From Cenarchaeum sp. (lineage in GTDB: Archaea > Thermoproteota > Nitrososphaeria > Nitrososphaerales > Nitrosopumilaceae), in the NCBI GenBank assembly GCA_963693095.2, contig OY843768.1:1792001-1856000 (forward strand): DNA of 64,000 bases, written 5' to 3'. Every line of letters starts with the position of its first letter. Within the stretch, counting starts at the first letter, position 1. The notes under the pieces are model-generated. The model ran no database searches. It was given only the letters and a program-made list of their open reading frames with translations, and had not been told where the DNA came from. The position numbers were made by a program, and so were the translations under genes. Shown piece after piece: positions 36,238 through 46,556 of this stretch.

Positions 36238-39222
36238 CTATTGCGCATAGTGATTTTTCACCAAATCTCTTATTTTCTCTAACGCGGAATCTATGTCTGT
36301 GCCAACTTGTTTCTCTTTTTGAAGCATTTCGTAAATGTCTTTTTGGATATCTTTATCAATTGTGGGTTTGTCTGGCCAATCGATAATTTGCGTATAGGGG
36401 ATTAGTTGTTCAAACAGCTTTATTGATAGATTAACACTTGCTTCTTTTCCCACGATTGGCATCATCACATTGTATATTGCAAATTCGAATGGTGTTGCTT
36501 CATAACTTCCAAACACGTCTTTGATCACTTTTTCACGGTTCACAGCATCGTTGTAAATGTCGACAAGTTCATCTAAATATAGCTCTAAATTTTCTATTCT
36601 GCGCATATTTTCATCTCTGATGATCTTTTCTAATCGTTCTTTTAGTGATTCAGCATATGTCGGATCTGTAGCCCATATTTCTTTAATCACTATTCTAATC
36701 CTATTTTTTAATAGTGCTGCTCGAGCAGCTTTAGATTCAATTTTATTATTTATAATATCTAGAAAATGTTTGTTTATTATCTGTTGCTGATTAATCAAAA
36801 TCTCTATATCTCCCGCCACAATGTGTTTATTAATTATATCTTTAATCTTTTCTCCATACAATTTCATATAGACGTCATGTCTTCCATAATACGTTGCAAG
36901 CCAACGAAGGCATCTTGCCATGAGTCTCCAGTTATCAATATAAGAAATAGCATTTTTATCAGGCAATGCAGCATTTAAAATGTTTAAAAATTTTCGAAAA
37001 TCGCTTTCAAACTTGGCTCTTTTTTCTGAATTTTCAAATGCTATTATGACAGTATTATGATTTTTGTAGTTAATTTTTTCTAGATGTTTCATTGCTATTT
37101 TACAGGCCACATCTAGATCTGCATATATCTTGCCAAGTGGCACAAGCGCATCAACGATATCCATACTATCAAAAGCTAGAAATGCTTTGTGCAATTCTTG
37201 TGTTACTCCATAGTAATCAACTATTATACCATGAGTTTTTTCTGTTGTGTATGGCCGGTTTACTCTTGCTATTGCTTGTAGTAAGTTATGATCGCGCAAT
37301 CCTTTATCCAGATACAACGCCTGACAGATTGGCGCATCATATCCTACCAGCAACATATCCACAACAATCAAGATCTTAGTTGGGTCATCGGAACGCTTGA
37401 ATTTCTCTGCTGTTATTCCACACTCTTCTTTTGTTAGATGGTGCACATTCCAACTCTGCCCGTCTTGGTCGTATCCTTCATAATCGCTCATTATGATCGT
37501 GGATTTTGGAGAATTGGCTATGCTGTCTAACGCTTTTTTATATAATACCGCTGCAGCTCTTGACGATGTGACTAACATAGCTTTACACCCATTGGGTTTT
37601 ATGTATTCTGTATAGTGTTTAACTATATCATTCGCGATCATTTCTATGCGATGTGGTGCTTCGGCCAGTGAATTTTTTGTCACATATTTTTGTTTAACTA
37701 TTTTTCTTGTGTCTTCATCACAATCAGCAAAAACGTGTTCGAATAACTCGTCAATGTTATCATACCCGTCAACATACACTTTAGGCAAACGCCCGTCATA
37801 CGTTATGGGCAATGTTGTCTTGTCGGCCTGCGATTCTCTAAATCCATACTTGTCAATCAATGGTCCAAATATATCAAATGTGCTTTTATCTTGCCTATCA
37901 ATTGGGGTTCCCGTAAACGCATAAAATATTCCATTTGGTAACGATGCTCGCATATTTGCTGCCTTTATCCTAAATTGACTTCTGTGTGCTTCGTCTACGA
38001 GGCAGAGCACGCGTTCTTTAATGCAGATGCCTACACCGTCAAACTTATCAATAACCGTCATGATCGTCTTTCCTCTTGGGTTTTTGAGCAACTCTGCAAG
38101 ATCTTTTTTACTGGATGCTCTGTGTGGGTTGGCAAATCCATAATTTTTAAATGTGTTGGAAATCTGTCGATCTAGCTGGGTTCTATCAGTAATAACAACG
38201 ATTGGAATGTTTGCAAATTTTCGTTTTGCTAGTATTGCAAGCCAGACCATTGACAATGATTTTCCTGATCCTTGTGTGTGCCACACTACGCCTCCTTTGC
38301 TCTTATCGTGTGTGTGAATACGCTCAATCGCTTTTGTGACAGCTCGTAATTGTGGATATCTTGCCACAATTTTAATTTCTTTATTGTTTTTTGTATCATA
38401 CATTACGAAATTTTGTAGAGTGTGTAATAAAATACTTTTTGATAAAAGACTCCCAATCAAAATTTCCTGTTCTCTAGCTTGCCCATTTAATTCCTTTAGT
38501 TCATTTTTTGTATAAGGATATCCATCAGACCATGGCGTATAATGATTTATCTCCGTTTCAATCGTACCCACTCTGGCAATGTCTCCACAGGTTGCAACTA
38601 AGAGGTGATTATAGTAAAAAAGTTGTTTATGACCCTGTGTTGTATTTTGATACTTGCGTAAATTATCCATAAATGCCTTTTCAATTGGATCAGGTATTGA
38701 TGGTGCCTTACATTCTATAACTACCAGAGGAATTCCATTTACAAAAATGACAATATCTGGAAAAATGGAGCGTTTATACCCGTCTACTCTAAACTGATTT
38801 GTGACAAGGAAATTATTATTTTCTGGATTATCAAAATCAAAAAAGTTAATGCGTATTGATGTACTAACACCATTTGTTTTTCTCTTAATCGTGACGGGAA
38901 TTGTATCATTTGTTTGTGACCAACCTACTAGTTTTGCATGGATTTTACGATTTGTTGTTACTGGAGTATCTGATGATTTGTTTTCTTTAAGTTGTTTCAC
39001 CGCTTCATCAATTTCTTCGTCACTGATTCCGGGATTTAATTTTTCTAGTGCTGTATGTAAACGTGTATGCAATAACACATCTCGGTAGTCGATCCTTTCT
39101 TCCTTGTTCAGCTCTGATCTTGATTTATACTCGTAGCCCATTGCCACTAGTTGCCTTAGAGCTGGCAGCTCTACTAAGCTCCCCTCCTCGCCGCCATCGA
39201 CGTCATACTCTCCTTGAACCAC
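36238..39222 (-). CDS. hsdR: Type I restriction endonuclease subunit R
   Basis: PDIVIFVNGIPLVVIECK, HTQGSGKS, DEAHRSQ, FTGTP and LLQAIARVNR. Confidence 0.96.
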   Translation of the reverse strand: MVQGEYDVDGGEEGSLVELPALRQLVAMGYEYKSRSELNKEERIDYRDVLLHTRLHTALEKLNPGISDEEIDEAVKQLKENKSSDTPVTTNRKIHAKLVGWSQTNDTIPVTIKRKTNGVSTSIRINFFDFDNPENNNFLVTNQFRVDGYKRSIFPDIVIFVNGIPLVVIECKAPSIPDPIEKAFMDNLRKYQNTTQGHKQLFYYNHLLVATCGDIARVGTIETEINHYTPWSDGYPYTKNELKELNGQAREQEILIGSLLSKSILLHTLQNFVMYDTKNNKEIKIVARYPQLRAVTKAIERIHTHDKSKGGVVWHTQGSGKSLSMVWLAILAKRKFANIPIVVITDRTQLDRQISNTFKNYGFANPHRASSKKDLAELLKNPRGKTIMTVIDKFDGVGICIKERVLCLVDEAHRSQFRIKAANMRASLPNGIFYAFTGTPIDRQDKSTFDIFGPLIDKYGFRESQADKTTLPITYDGRLPKVYVDGYDNIDELFEHVFADCDEDTRKIVKQKYVTKNSLAEAPHRIEMIANDIVKHYTEYIKPNGCKAMLVTSSRAAAVLYKKALDSIANSPKSTIIMSDYEGYDQDGQSWNVHHLTKEECGITAEKFKRSDDPTKILIVVDMLLVGYDAPICQALYLDKGLRDHNLLQAIARVNRPYTTEKTHGIIVDYYGVTQELHKAFLAFDSMDIVDALVPLGKIYADLDVACKIAMKHLEKINYKNHNTVIIAFENSEKRAKFESDFRKFLNILNAALPDKNAISYIDNWRLMARCLRWLATYYGRHDVYMKLYGEKIKDIINKHIVAGDIEILINQQQIINKHFLDIINNKIESKAARAALLKNRIRIVIKEIWATDPTYAESLKERLEKIIRDENMRRIENLELYLDELVDIYNDAVNREKVIKDVFGSYEATPFEFAIYNVMMPIVGKEASVNLSIKLFEQLIPYTQIIDWPDKPTIDKDIQKDIYEMLQKEKQVGTDIDSALEKIRDLVKNHYAQ

Positions 39223-39709
39223 GCATCAAACCACCACATTTTCCTATATTAAGACTCGGCCTTTATTCATAGTTAAATGTGTGCCTGCAATGCCAATTGT
39301 CTCGGACAAAGGGCGAAGATACGACTTTGGTAGTTATCGTTCACAACAGCAAGCGGTTATTCCGTTGAAGCGCCAGCAGTCTGCCCTGTGCTCGAGAAGG
39401 CTCAAAATGGTTCCTGCTGTCGTCCGAGGTTTGGCGATTGCTCGAAGCACCAGATCTGCCGTAGGGCGTATGGGTGGATATTTCAGGATCGTGGCTTGCT
39501 GTCCGGCCAAACACTGTTCCTAACCTGAGACACCCTGTATTCGATATTGGGGGTATGTTGTGGATGTGTGCTACGCCAACTGTCCATTAGTACGTCGTTA
39601 GTTTTACCACACACCACTACACATAATACGCCGTTTGTTCGGCTTCCCCTGGGGCTTATTTAGTGACGGCAGTGTGATGTTTATAAAGAAGGGCTGTGGC
39701 GCTTGCGTC

Positions 39710-41191
39710 GTGAGCAAAGTCTCGTTAGACGATCTCCAACGTCATCTTTGGAAAGCTGCTGATATATTACGTGGTTCTCTTGACGCATCAGAGTTTCGTC
39801 AACCTATAATGACGATTTTGTTTTTAAAACGGCTTAACGACCAATTTGAAGAAAATATTGATTTATTGATCGCAAAGGGAAAATCCAAAAAAGATGCCAT
39901 GAAACATTTCAATCACAAGTTTTTTGTTCCGAGCAGTGCTCGTTGGGAAACGCTTGCTTCGGCCACATCTAATATTGGAGCTGTGATTAACAAGGCATGC
40001 AAAGACATAGAATCTAAAAATTCTAATCTTAAGGGAGTGTTATCAAATATTGATTATGCAGATCATAGAAAATATTCTAATACAAATCTTGCCCATCTTA
40101 TATCTCATTTCAATGAACCTCGTTTACGTAATGCTGATCTTGAAAAAGAAGATATTTTTGGAGATGCTTATGAATATCTATTAGAACAATTTGCCGATGC
40201 TACAAAAAAGAGAGGTGGTGAGTTTTTTACTCCACGAGAAGTGGTAAAGTTATTAGTCAACCTAGTTGATCCTAAAGAACGAATGAGAATTTGTGATCCT
40301 ACATGTGGTTCTGGCGGGATGCTTATATTATCAAGACGTTATGTTGAAAAACATGGTGGTAATCCGCGCAACATAACTTTACATGGTCAAGAATCTAACC
40401 ACAGCAATTTATCTATGTGTAAAATGAATATGGTTTTACATGGCATTGCCGATTTCAGAATTGAACATGGTGACGTTTTGACTGATCCTCAATTACTTAA
40501 ACATAACAAACTTGATACGTATCATAAAGTATTGGCGAATTTTCCATTTTCTATGGATTGGCCTCACACAATGCCTGATCCATATGGACGATTCAAATAT
40601 GGGCGCCCTCCTGCAAAAAATAAAGCTGATTTTGCTTTTATTCAACATATGCTCTCCCAGTTACGCTCTGACGGACAGGCTGCAATTATCTGTTCACAGG
40701 GAGTTCTTTTTCGAAGTGGTGTTGAAAAACAAATTAGATCTGGTATGATTAACGATGATATTATTGAGGGCGTCATAGCATTACCTGAAAAACTATTTTT
40801 TGGTACCGGGATTCCGGCCTGTGTATTATTGTTAAATAAAGCAAAGCCGAAACGACATAAACATACGGTTATTTTCATTTCTGCCACAGATGATCGTCTT
40901 GAAGAATCCACTAGGAACAAGCTCCGTCCTCAAGATATTATAAAAATTGTTAATGCTTATAATAATTATATTGACATTGATCGCTACTGTCATATTGCCG
41001 ATCTGGCCGAAATTCAAGATAATGATTATAATCTAAATGTGCCCAGATATGTTGATACTACACCACCTGAAACTCCAGTTGACATTCAAACCGTTATTAA
41101 TAAATTACATCAATTAAAACATCAACGTGCTAAACTTGAATCTAAAACTATTGATGATTTACGTATGCTGAAATTTAAAATCTCAAAGTGA
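39710..41191 (+). CDS. hsdM: Type I methyltransferase subunit M
   Basis: LWKAADILRGS, GEFFTPREV, DPTCGSGG and motif IV variant NFPF. TTTATAAA at 39680-39687 supports the GTG start. Confidence 0.95.
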   Translation: MSKVSLDDLQRHLWKAADILRGSLDASEFRQPIMTILFLKRLNDQFEENIDLLIAKGKSKKDAMKHFNHKFFVPSSARWETLASATSNIGAVINKACKDIESKNSNLKGVLSNIDYADHRKYSNTNLAHLISHFNEPRLRNADLEKEDIFGDAYEYLLEQFADATKKRGGEFFTPREVVKLLVNLVDPKERMRICDPTCGSGGMLILSRRYVEKHGGNPRNITLHGQESNHSNLSMCKMNMVLHGIADFRIEHGDVLTDPQLLKHNKLDTYHKVLANFPFSMDWPHTMPDPYGRFKYGRPPAKNKADFAFIQHMLSQLRSDGQAAIICSQGVLFRSGVEKQIRSGMINDDIIEGVIALPEKLFFGTGIPACVLLLNKAKPKRHKHTVIFISATDDRLEESTRNKLRPQDIIKIVNAYNNYIDIDRYCHIADLAEIQDNDYNLNVPRYVDTTPPETPVDIQTVINKLHQLKHQRAKLESKTIDDLRMLKFKISK

Positions 41192-41192
41192 T

Positions 41193-42404
41193 GTGTTTAT
41201 GCTTACATCTGATATTTCAATTTGGCCTTCATTTCCGCTTTCTGCAGTGTGTAAAGTAAATACAGACACTCGTACACCTTCGTCAATTTACGTAGGAATT
41301 GAACATATTATTCCCAACACTAATAGCCTCAACGGTTATGGAAATATAGCGAATTTTAAAACTTCTCGCATTTTTCAATCAGGTAATCTGCTATATGCTA
41401 AACTTGGACCGGCATCTAATAAAATCTGGCTTGCAAATCACAGTGGGCATTGCTCCACTGATATTATTCCTCTCTCCCTCATATCAAAATTGTTTGTTCC
41501 TAAATTTTTGTTATATGTTCTTTCTCACACACGTTTTATTCATCATGCTATTTCAACATCATCTGGCACAATCATGCCACGAACTAGTTGGAATAATATT
41601 AAAAATTTTCATATTCCTGCCCCTCCAATTCAAGAACAACGTCGCATCGCGTCAATTCTGGCTAATATTGACGCACTAATCGAGAACGTGGAGGAAACTA
41701 TGTCAAGCTATGGAAAACTGAAACAAGGTTTGATGCAGCAGTTATTCACAGTGGGTGTAGGTCATTCACAATATCAGACAGTACGTGTTCAGTTTAGCAA
41801 ACAATCAACAATTCCAAAATCTTGGATTATAGAATCATTATCGTCATTCGGAAAAATTATTGGAGGCGGAACGCCCAGTACAAAAAATAAAGAATATTGG
41901 AACGGTGACGTATTATGGGCCACTCCTTCGGATATTACTGAATTAAAATCAGTATTTATAAACAACACAAAAAGAACAATTACAGAAAAAGGACTGAAAA
42001 AGAGTGCGGCAAAGCTTCTCCCCCCACATTCAATATTAATAACAACACGAGCGACAATTGGGGCGATGGCCATCAATACAAGACCAATGGCCACTAATCA
42101 GGGATTTCACAGCATATGCTGCAATTCACATTACGTACCGTCATTTATATTTTATTTAATAATGCACCATAATTCAAAATTATTAAGATATGCAGACGGA
42201 ACAACATTTTTAGAAGTGGGAAAAACTGATCTTGAAAAAATCAGAATTGCGTTACCACCAAAAAAAGCAGAACAGCGCAAGATTGCGTCAATTCTGTCAG
42301 GAGTTGATGCAATATTAGAAAATTATTGTTCATACAAGAACGAATTAGAACAACTTAAACAAGGGCTCATGCAACAGCTCCTTACCGGCAAAATGCGAAT
42401 ATAA
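41193..42404 (+). CDS. hsdS: Type I specificity subunit S (TRD1 + TRD2), co-transcribed with hsdM
   Basis: Two TRDs, each followed by PP..EQR.IASIL...LKQGLMQQL conserved helices. Confidence 0.95.
   Translation: MFMLTSDISIWPSFPLSAVCKVNTDTRTPSSIYVGIEHIIPNTNSLNGYGNIANFKTSRIFQSGNLLYAKLGPASNKIWLANHSGHCSTDIIPLSLISKLFVPKFLLYVLSHTRFIHHAISTSSGTIMPRTSWNNIKNFHIPAPPIQEQRRIASILANIDALIENVEETMSSYGKLKQGLMQQLFTVGVGHSQYQTVRVQFSKQSTIPKSWIIESLSSFGKIIGGGTPSTKNKEYWNGDVLWATPSDITELKSVFINNTKRTITEKGLKKSAAKLLPPHSILITTRATIGAMAINTRPMATNQGFHSICCNSHYVPSFIFYLIMHHNSKLLRYADGTTFLEVGKTDLEKIRIALPPKKAEQRKIASILSGVDAILENYCSYKNELEQLKQGLMQQLLTGKMRI
41649..41750 (+). repeat. IR1: 102-bp perfect inverted repeat with 45078-45179
   Basis: GCGTCAATTCTGGCTAAT...CAGTTATTCACA matches its reverse complement at 45078-45179 base for base. 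Confidence 0.92.
42267..42300 (+). repeat. IR2: 34-bp inverted repeat with 43451-43484 (1 mismatch); 30 bp also match 45168-45197
   Basis: GCAGAACAGCGCAAGATTGCGTCAATTCTGTCAG. Confidence 0.88.
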
Positions 42405-42406
42405 CT

Positions 42407-43336
42407 TTAAATTTCTAACGAATGCATTACTTTTCTAAATTCTTGGAAACACTGGTCAATAGTGGGTGTTAGATATATGCCATCAAGGCCATTTTTATGC
42501 CCCATTAATTTTTCAGCAATGTTATAATTGACTTGATTATCAAGTTTTAACGTGGTGTTAAAAAATTTACGAAAACCATGATCAACTTGAACATCATAAC
42601 GCAGTTTATTTTTAATTCTTTTAACTGCGCTTTTATTGACATGACGTGCTATTACTGATCGAGCCCCTGACCATTGTAATGGTCGTACATCATGTACTTT
42701 CTTCATACTAAATAAATTACGAAACAGGGGAGACGCGTTAGTCAGATTTTCTCCATGCCTAACACGTTCAGCAACATAACAACGTAGTGCCGTTGTAGCT
42801 TGAGGAGTTAAAAATGACCAATATTCATCAACCGTCCCTGCATAATTTGTTATGCCCATACAACCCTCTGGCATTTTGATAGTGTGACCAAATTGTAATG
42901 GGTGATCAAAGATACCAATTCTGACTCCTGTTGACGCAAGAAATAAAATTAAAGCTCTATCCCTACTGTTCGTAGCCGTATTCATAATTTGTTGAATTTC
43001 AGAACGAGTCCAGCATCGTAATTTGATTGGCTTAAGTTTTGATGGATACATTTTATGAATAAGATCCCAATCAAGTTGAATCTGATTCATGACAAAAAAA
43101 TGTTTAAGGCCTAAAAATTTAGTTGGCAATGAATTTGGATTTATTGTATTTTTTAAATAAATTAAGTAATCTTCGACATAAATCTGCAGTTGTTTATTTT
43201 GAATTGTTATTAATTCATCGCTGTGTTTTATATTAATAAATGACATAAATGATTTTAGATGAGACACATAATTATGTTTTGTATATTTTGACTTTATAGA
43301 CTCTTCAAACCGCATCCAGCTTCGTTGTCTTGACAT
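42407..43336 (-). CDS. tyrosine recombinase/integrase
   Basis: RDRALILFLASTGVR, HGFRK and LMGH...Y: the catalytic R-H-R-H-Y set is intact. Confidence 0.92.
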   Translation of the reverse strand: MSRQRSWMRFEESIKSKYTKHNYVSHLKSFMSFINIKHSDELITIQNKQLQIYVEDYLIYLKNTINPNSLPTKFLGLKHFFVMNQIQLDWDLIHKMYPSKLKPIKLRCWTRSEIQQIMNTATNSRDRALILFLASTGVRIGIFDHPLQFGHTIKMPEGCMGITNYAGTVDEYWSFLTPQATTALRCYVAERVRHGENLTNASPLFRNLFSMKKVHDVRPLQWSGARSVIARHVNKSAVKRIKNKLRYDVQVDHGFRKFFNTTLKLDNQVNYNIAEKLMGHKNGLDGIYLTPTIDQCFQEFRKVMHSLEI

Positions 43337-43400
43337 TTCTAAATTCCTTTTGTTCGAATTAATATTTTTAGTAATATGTTAAAAAATATAGTCATTAATA

Positions 43401-45725
43401 CTAATTTCTATTGCTAAAAATATTCATTTTATTAAGATATGACGCAATTTCTGACAGAATTGACGCAATCTTGCGCTGGTCTGCTAAAGGCGGAACAAGA
43501 ATTTTCAATTTTGAAAATTGTTTGGCATTAATATTGGGTTGTACTCCTTGAGTATGCTCTGATTTAACCCATGACCAATACATATATACTCACGAGCTAA
43601 AGTTCGTGTGACCTTCCACGACCTTCCTGTTCAGGTATGCGTAGATGTTCAGGTTGAACCGCTTGGTCCTGAGGTACTCGCCGACCGCGATCCTCAGCTC
43701 GTCCAGGGTTCGTGGTTGCCCCGGGACCCTGACGTCCCTCTTGAGTATGCGCCACGTCCCCTCGATGGCGCTTAGCTGCGGGGATCCCACCGGCAGCTCG
43801 ATGAGCTTGATCTCGCCGTTGGCGCGCAGCAGGTTCTTGACCGCCCCCGCGCGGTGCTGGGGAGCCCTGTCGACGATGACGGCGATCTTGCCGAACTTCC
43901 CGTGCAGCTCCGCAAGGTACTGCGCGAACGTGTCCGCGTTGAACTTGTCGCGCGTCCGGAACGCCTGCCGCCCGTCCTCGGCGATCGCCCCGTACACGAC
44001 GATCCGCTCGTGGCTCCCGGTGTACGGCTCGTAGACGGGCACCGTGCGCGGCGTCCAGTGCGTCGCCATGCCCCCGGCGTCGTTCACGATGATCGACTCG
44101 TCCTGCACCAGCATCGTGTATCCCGCGCGCGCCAGGCGTGGCGCCGCCCCCGCAAGGCGCCGCTGCCAGCTGCGGACGGCGGACGCGCTCGCCCTGTTGA
44201 CGTGGGCCTTTCGCGGCCTCTTGCGCGAGAGGCCGAACTCGCGCATGAGCCTCCTCACGCTGGCTATGTGGAACAGTGTCCCCGCCGCCCCGGCGATCCT
44301 GTCGCGGACCGCGGCCGGGGTCGTGGGGGATCCCGACGCGTCGGCGAGGATCCCGTCGAGCGCCGTTCGCGGCACGGCCAGCGGCCTCCCGGAGCGCGGG
44401 AGGTCGCGGAGGGCGGGAAGCCCGCCCTCCCGGTACCGCGCAACCCACTTGCCGACCCACCCCGGGCACCGCATCAGCGTGTCCGCCGTGTCCTCGTGCG
44501 TCATGCCCATGTTGACCACGCAGTGCACGGCGAGCATCCTGTCCCTCACGTGCCCGCTCTTCTCGCTGTGGTGCGCGTCCCTCAGCTCCTCCCGCTTCCG
44601 GTCGTCCATGCCCTGGCGCGGGAGGGGGCGATCAATATAGCTGCGGGGTCGGGGAAACTTGATCATCTATACGAACTTTAGCTCGTGAGTATAGCTATGT
44701 GTGTATTGTTCAAGAAATCTTGGTTCCATTTTTTGAGGATTGATTTGAAATCTAATTAAATAACTAGCAAATATGCAAACGCCAAATTTTTCTTTAAACA
44801 ACAACGTTCTTCCAACACTTCCCGTTCTTGCAAATAGTAAATCGTTATGTTTTAGAACATATTTTTCATTACCTGTCAATTTTGTAGATACCTTACTCTC
44901 ATCACTAAGAGCTCCCTCATCGTTTATGTCTGTAATTCGAATATATCTGGGCAAATTAATGTTATATGGCATTGCCGGGTCAGAAACTCCATACTGTGAT
45001 TTCCCAATAGTGAGTTCTGATAACTGCGCGGTCTTCCATTGGACTGTTTTCTGGTAGTTTGAATGATCCACACCCATTGTGAATAACTGCTGCATCAAAC
45101 CTTGTTTCAGTTTTCCATAGCTTGACATAGTTTCCTCCACGTTCTCGATTAGTGCGTCAATATTAGCCAGAATTGACGCAATCTTGCGCTGTTCTGCTAA
45201 AGGCGGAACAAGAATTTTCAATTTTGAAAATTGTTTGGCATTAATATTGGGTTGTACTCCTTGAGTATGCTCTGATTTAACCCATGACCAATACATATAG
45301 CTATGTGTGTATTGTTCAAGAAATCTTGGTTCCATTTTTTGAGGATTGATTTGAAATCTAATTAAATAACTAGCAAATATGCAAACGCCAAATTTTTCTT
45401 TAAACAACAACGTTCTTCCAACACTTCCCGTTCTTGCAAATAGTAAATCGTTATGTTTTAGAACATACTTTTCATTACCTGTCAATTTTGTAGATACCTT
45501 ACTCTCATCACTAAGAGCTCCCTCATCGTTTATGTCTGTAATTCGAATATATCTGGGCAAATTAATGTTATATGGCATTGCAGGGTCAGAAACTCCATAC
45601 TGTGATTTCCCAATAGTGAGTTCTGATAACTGCGCGGTCTTCCATTGGACTGTTTTCTGATATCGATTTCTTATTTGTTTTTTTATGCGCGGCACTTGTC
45701 GTTTGTTAGGCTGTTGGGACACCAT
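43401..45725 (-). pseudogene. hsdS: second hsdS with two near-identical TRDs; distal TRD interrupted by IS630 and C-terminal conserved region truncated
   Basis: The QWKTAQLSEL...PPLA(E/D)QRKIASIL unit occurs twice. Removing the IS restores THSY|MYWSW. Confidence 0.88.
43587..44691 (-). mobile_element. IS630-family element (1105 bp); transposase ~44609-43590
   Basis: Perfect 21-bp terminal inverted repeats TACTCACGAGCTAAAGTTCGT. TA duplication confirmed against the intact TRD copy at ~45290. DDE motif intact. Confidence 0.96.
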
Positions 45726-45812
45726 CTTGTAACTTTCAACCCTCGACTCTAATATGCTAATATTAACTTATACTGATGCGCAAAATTTGTTTGGTGATCC
45801 TTCTAAATCTTG

Positions 45813-46556
45813 CTAAAAGTCATCTACTTTACGTACAATTTGCACACCAGAGTAAGAAGAATGCTTGTGAACGATGCCCCTAGTTGCGCCCAAGTATAGA
45901 GAGGCCATGCCATGATTGAGGTGCGCCCTGGGGTTCTCGGGGTTTATGCGAATCGCCACCTTGGCGTTCTTGACGGCCTCCTCGGCTCTGTCCACCGCGC
46001 TGAGGATCACTGCGCGATCAGAGTGCCCATCATCATTGTCGCCGTCCAGCTCGATTGCGTGCCCCGTGGCCTCAGGTGCCTCGGCGTTGCGCCCAAGATT
46101 AGAGGGCACGCCCGAGATAGGGGTGCAAGTTGTGCTCTCCGGATCTATCTCGATTCTGCGCCTGTACTCCCCGACTGCCTCCTCGCGCCGACCGCGCATG
46201 AGCAGCGCCGTCCCCCTCCTAGAATGGACACTCGCGCCTCCCTGCCCAGCTCGATCGCGCGATCAAGTGCGCCAATGGCCTCCTCACAGCGACCGAACTC
46301 GAGGAGGATCGTGCCCCTGCAATGGTGCGCCTCGGCGACGTTCGCGTGTTTTGCGAGGGCCATGCCCATGACATAGTGACTCTCCATGTAACCGCGTCCT
46401 TTGTAATGCTTTACCTCTTGCTTCTGCGCAGCACCTCGGCCTTGTCTAGGCGGTAGACCATATTGCCTGGTTCTCTTGCAAGTTGGCGATCGATATGCCA
46501 GAGTTCGTCATCATCCATTAGGCGTATTATGCTGGTTTCAATGTTACCTGCGCCGT
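45813..46556 (-). pseudogene. frameshifted TPR gene remnant
   Basis: Fragments align to the 50909 TPR gene (HCRG.ILLE.GRCEEAI, AIELDGDN.DGHS.RA) across frames. Possibly the lost 3' part of 46557-47753. Confidence 0.7.

Noticed and set aside
39281-39640. 80-aa ORF and weak hairpin between hsdR and hsdM
   Set aside because: No recognisable motif, and the hairpin is too imperfect to support.
42407-43336. Integron integrase or provirus integrase
   Set aside because: No IntI-specific insertion or attI/attC recognised and no viral genes; its position between inverted hsdS repeats fits an invertase better.
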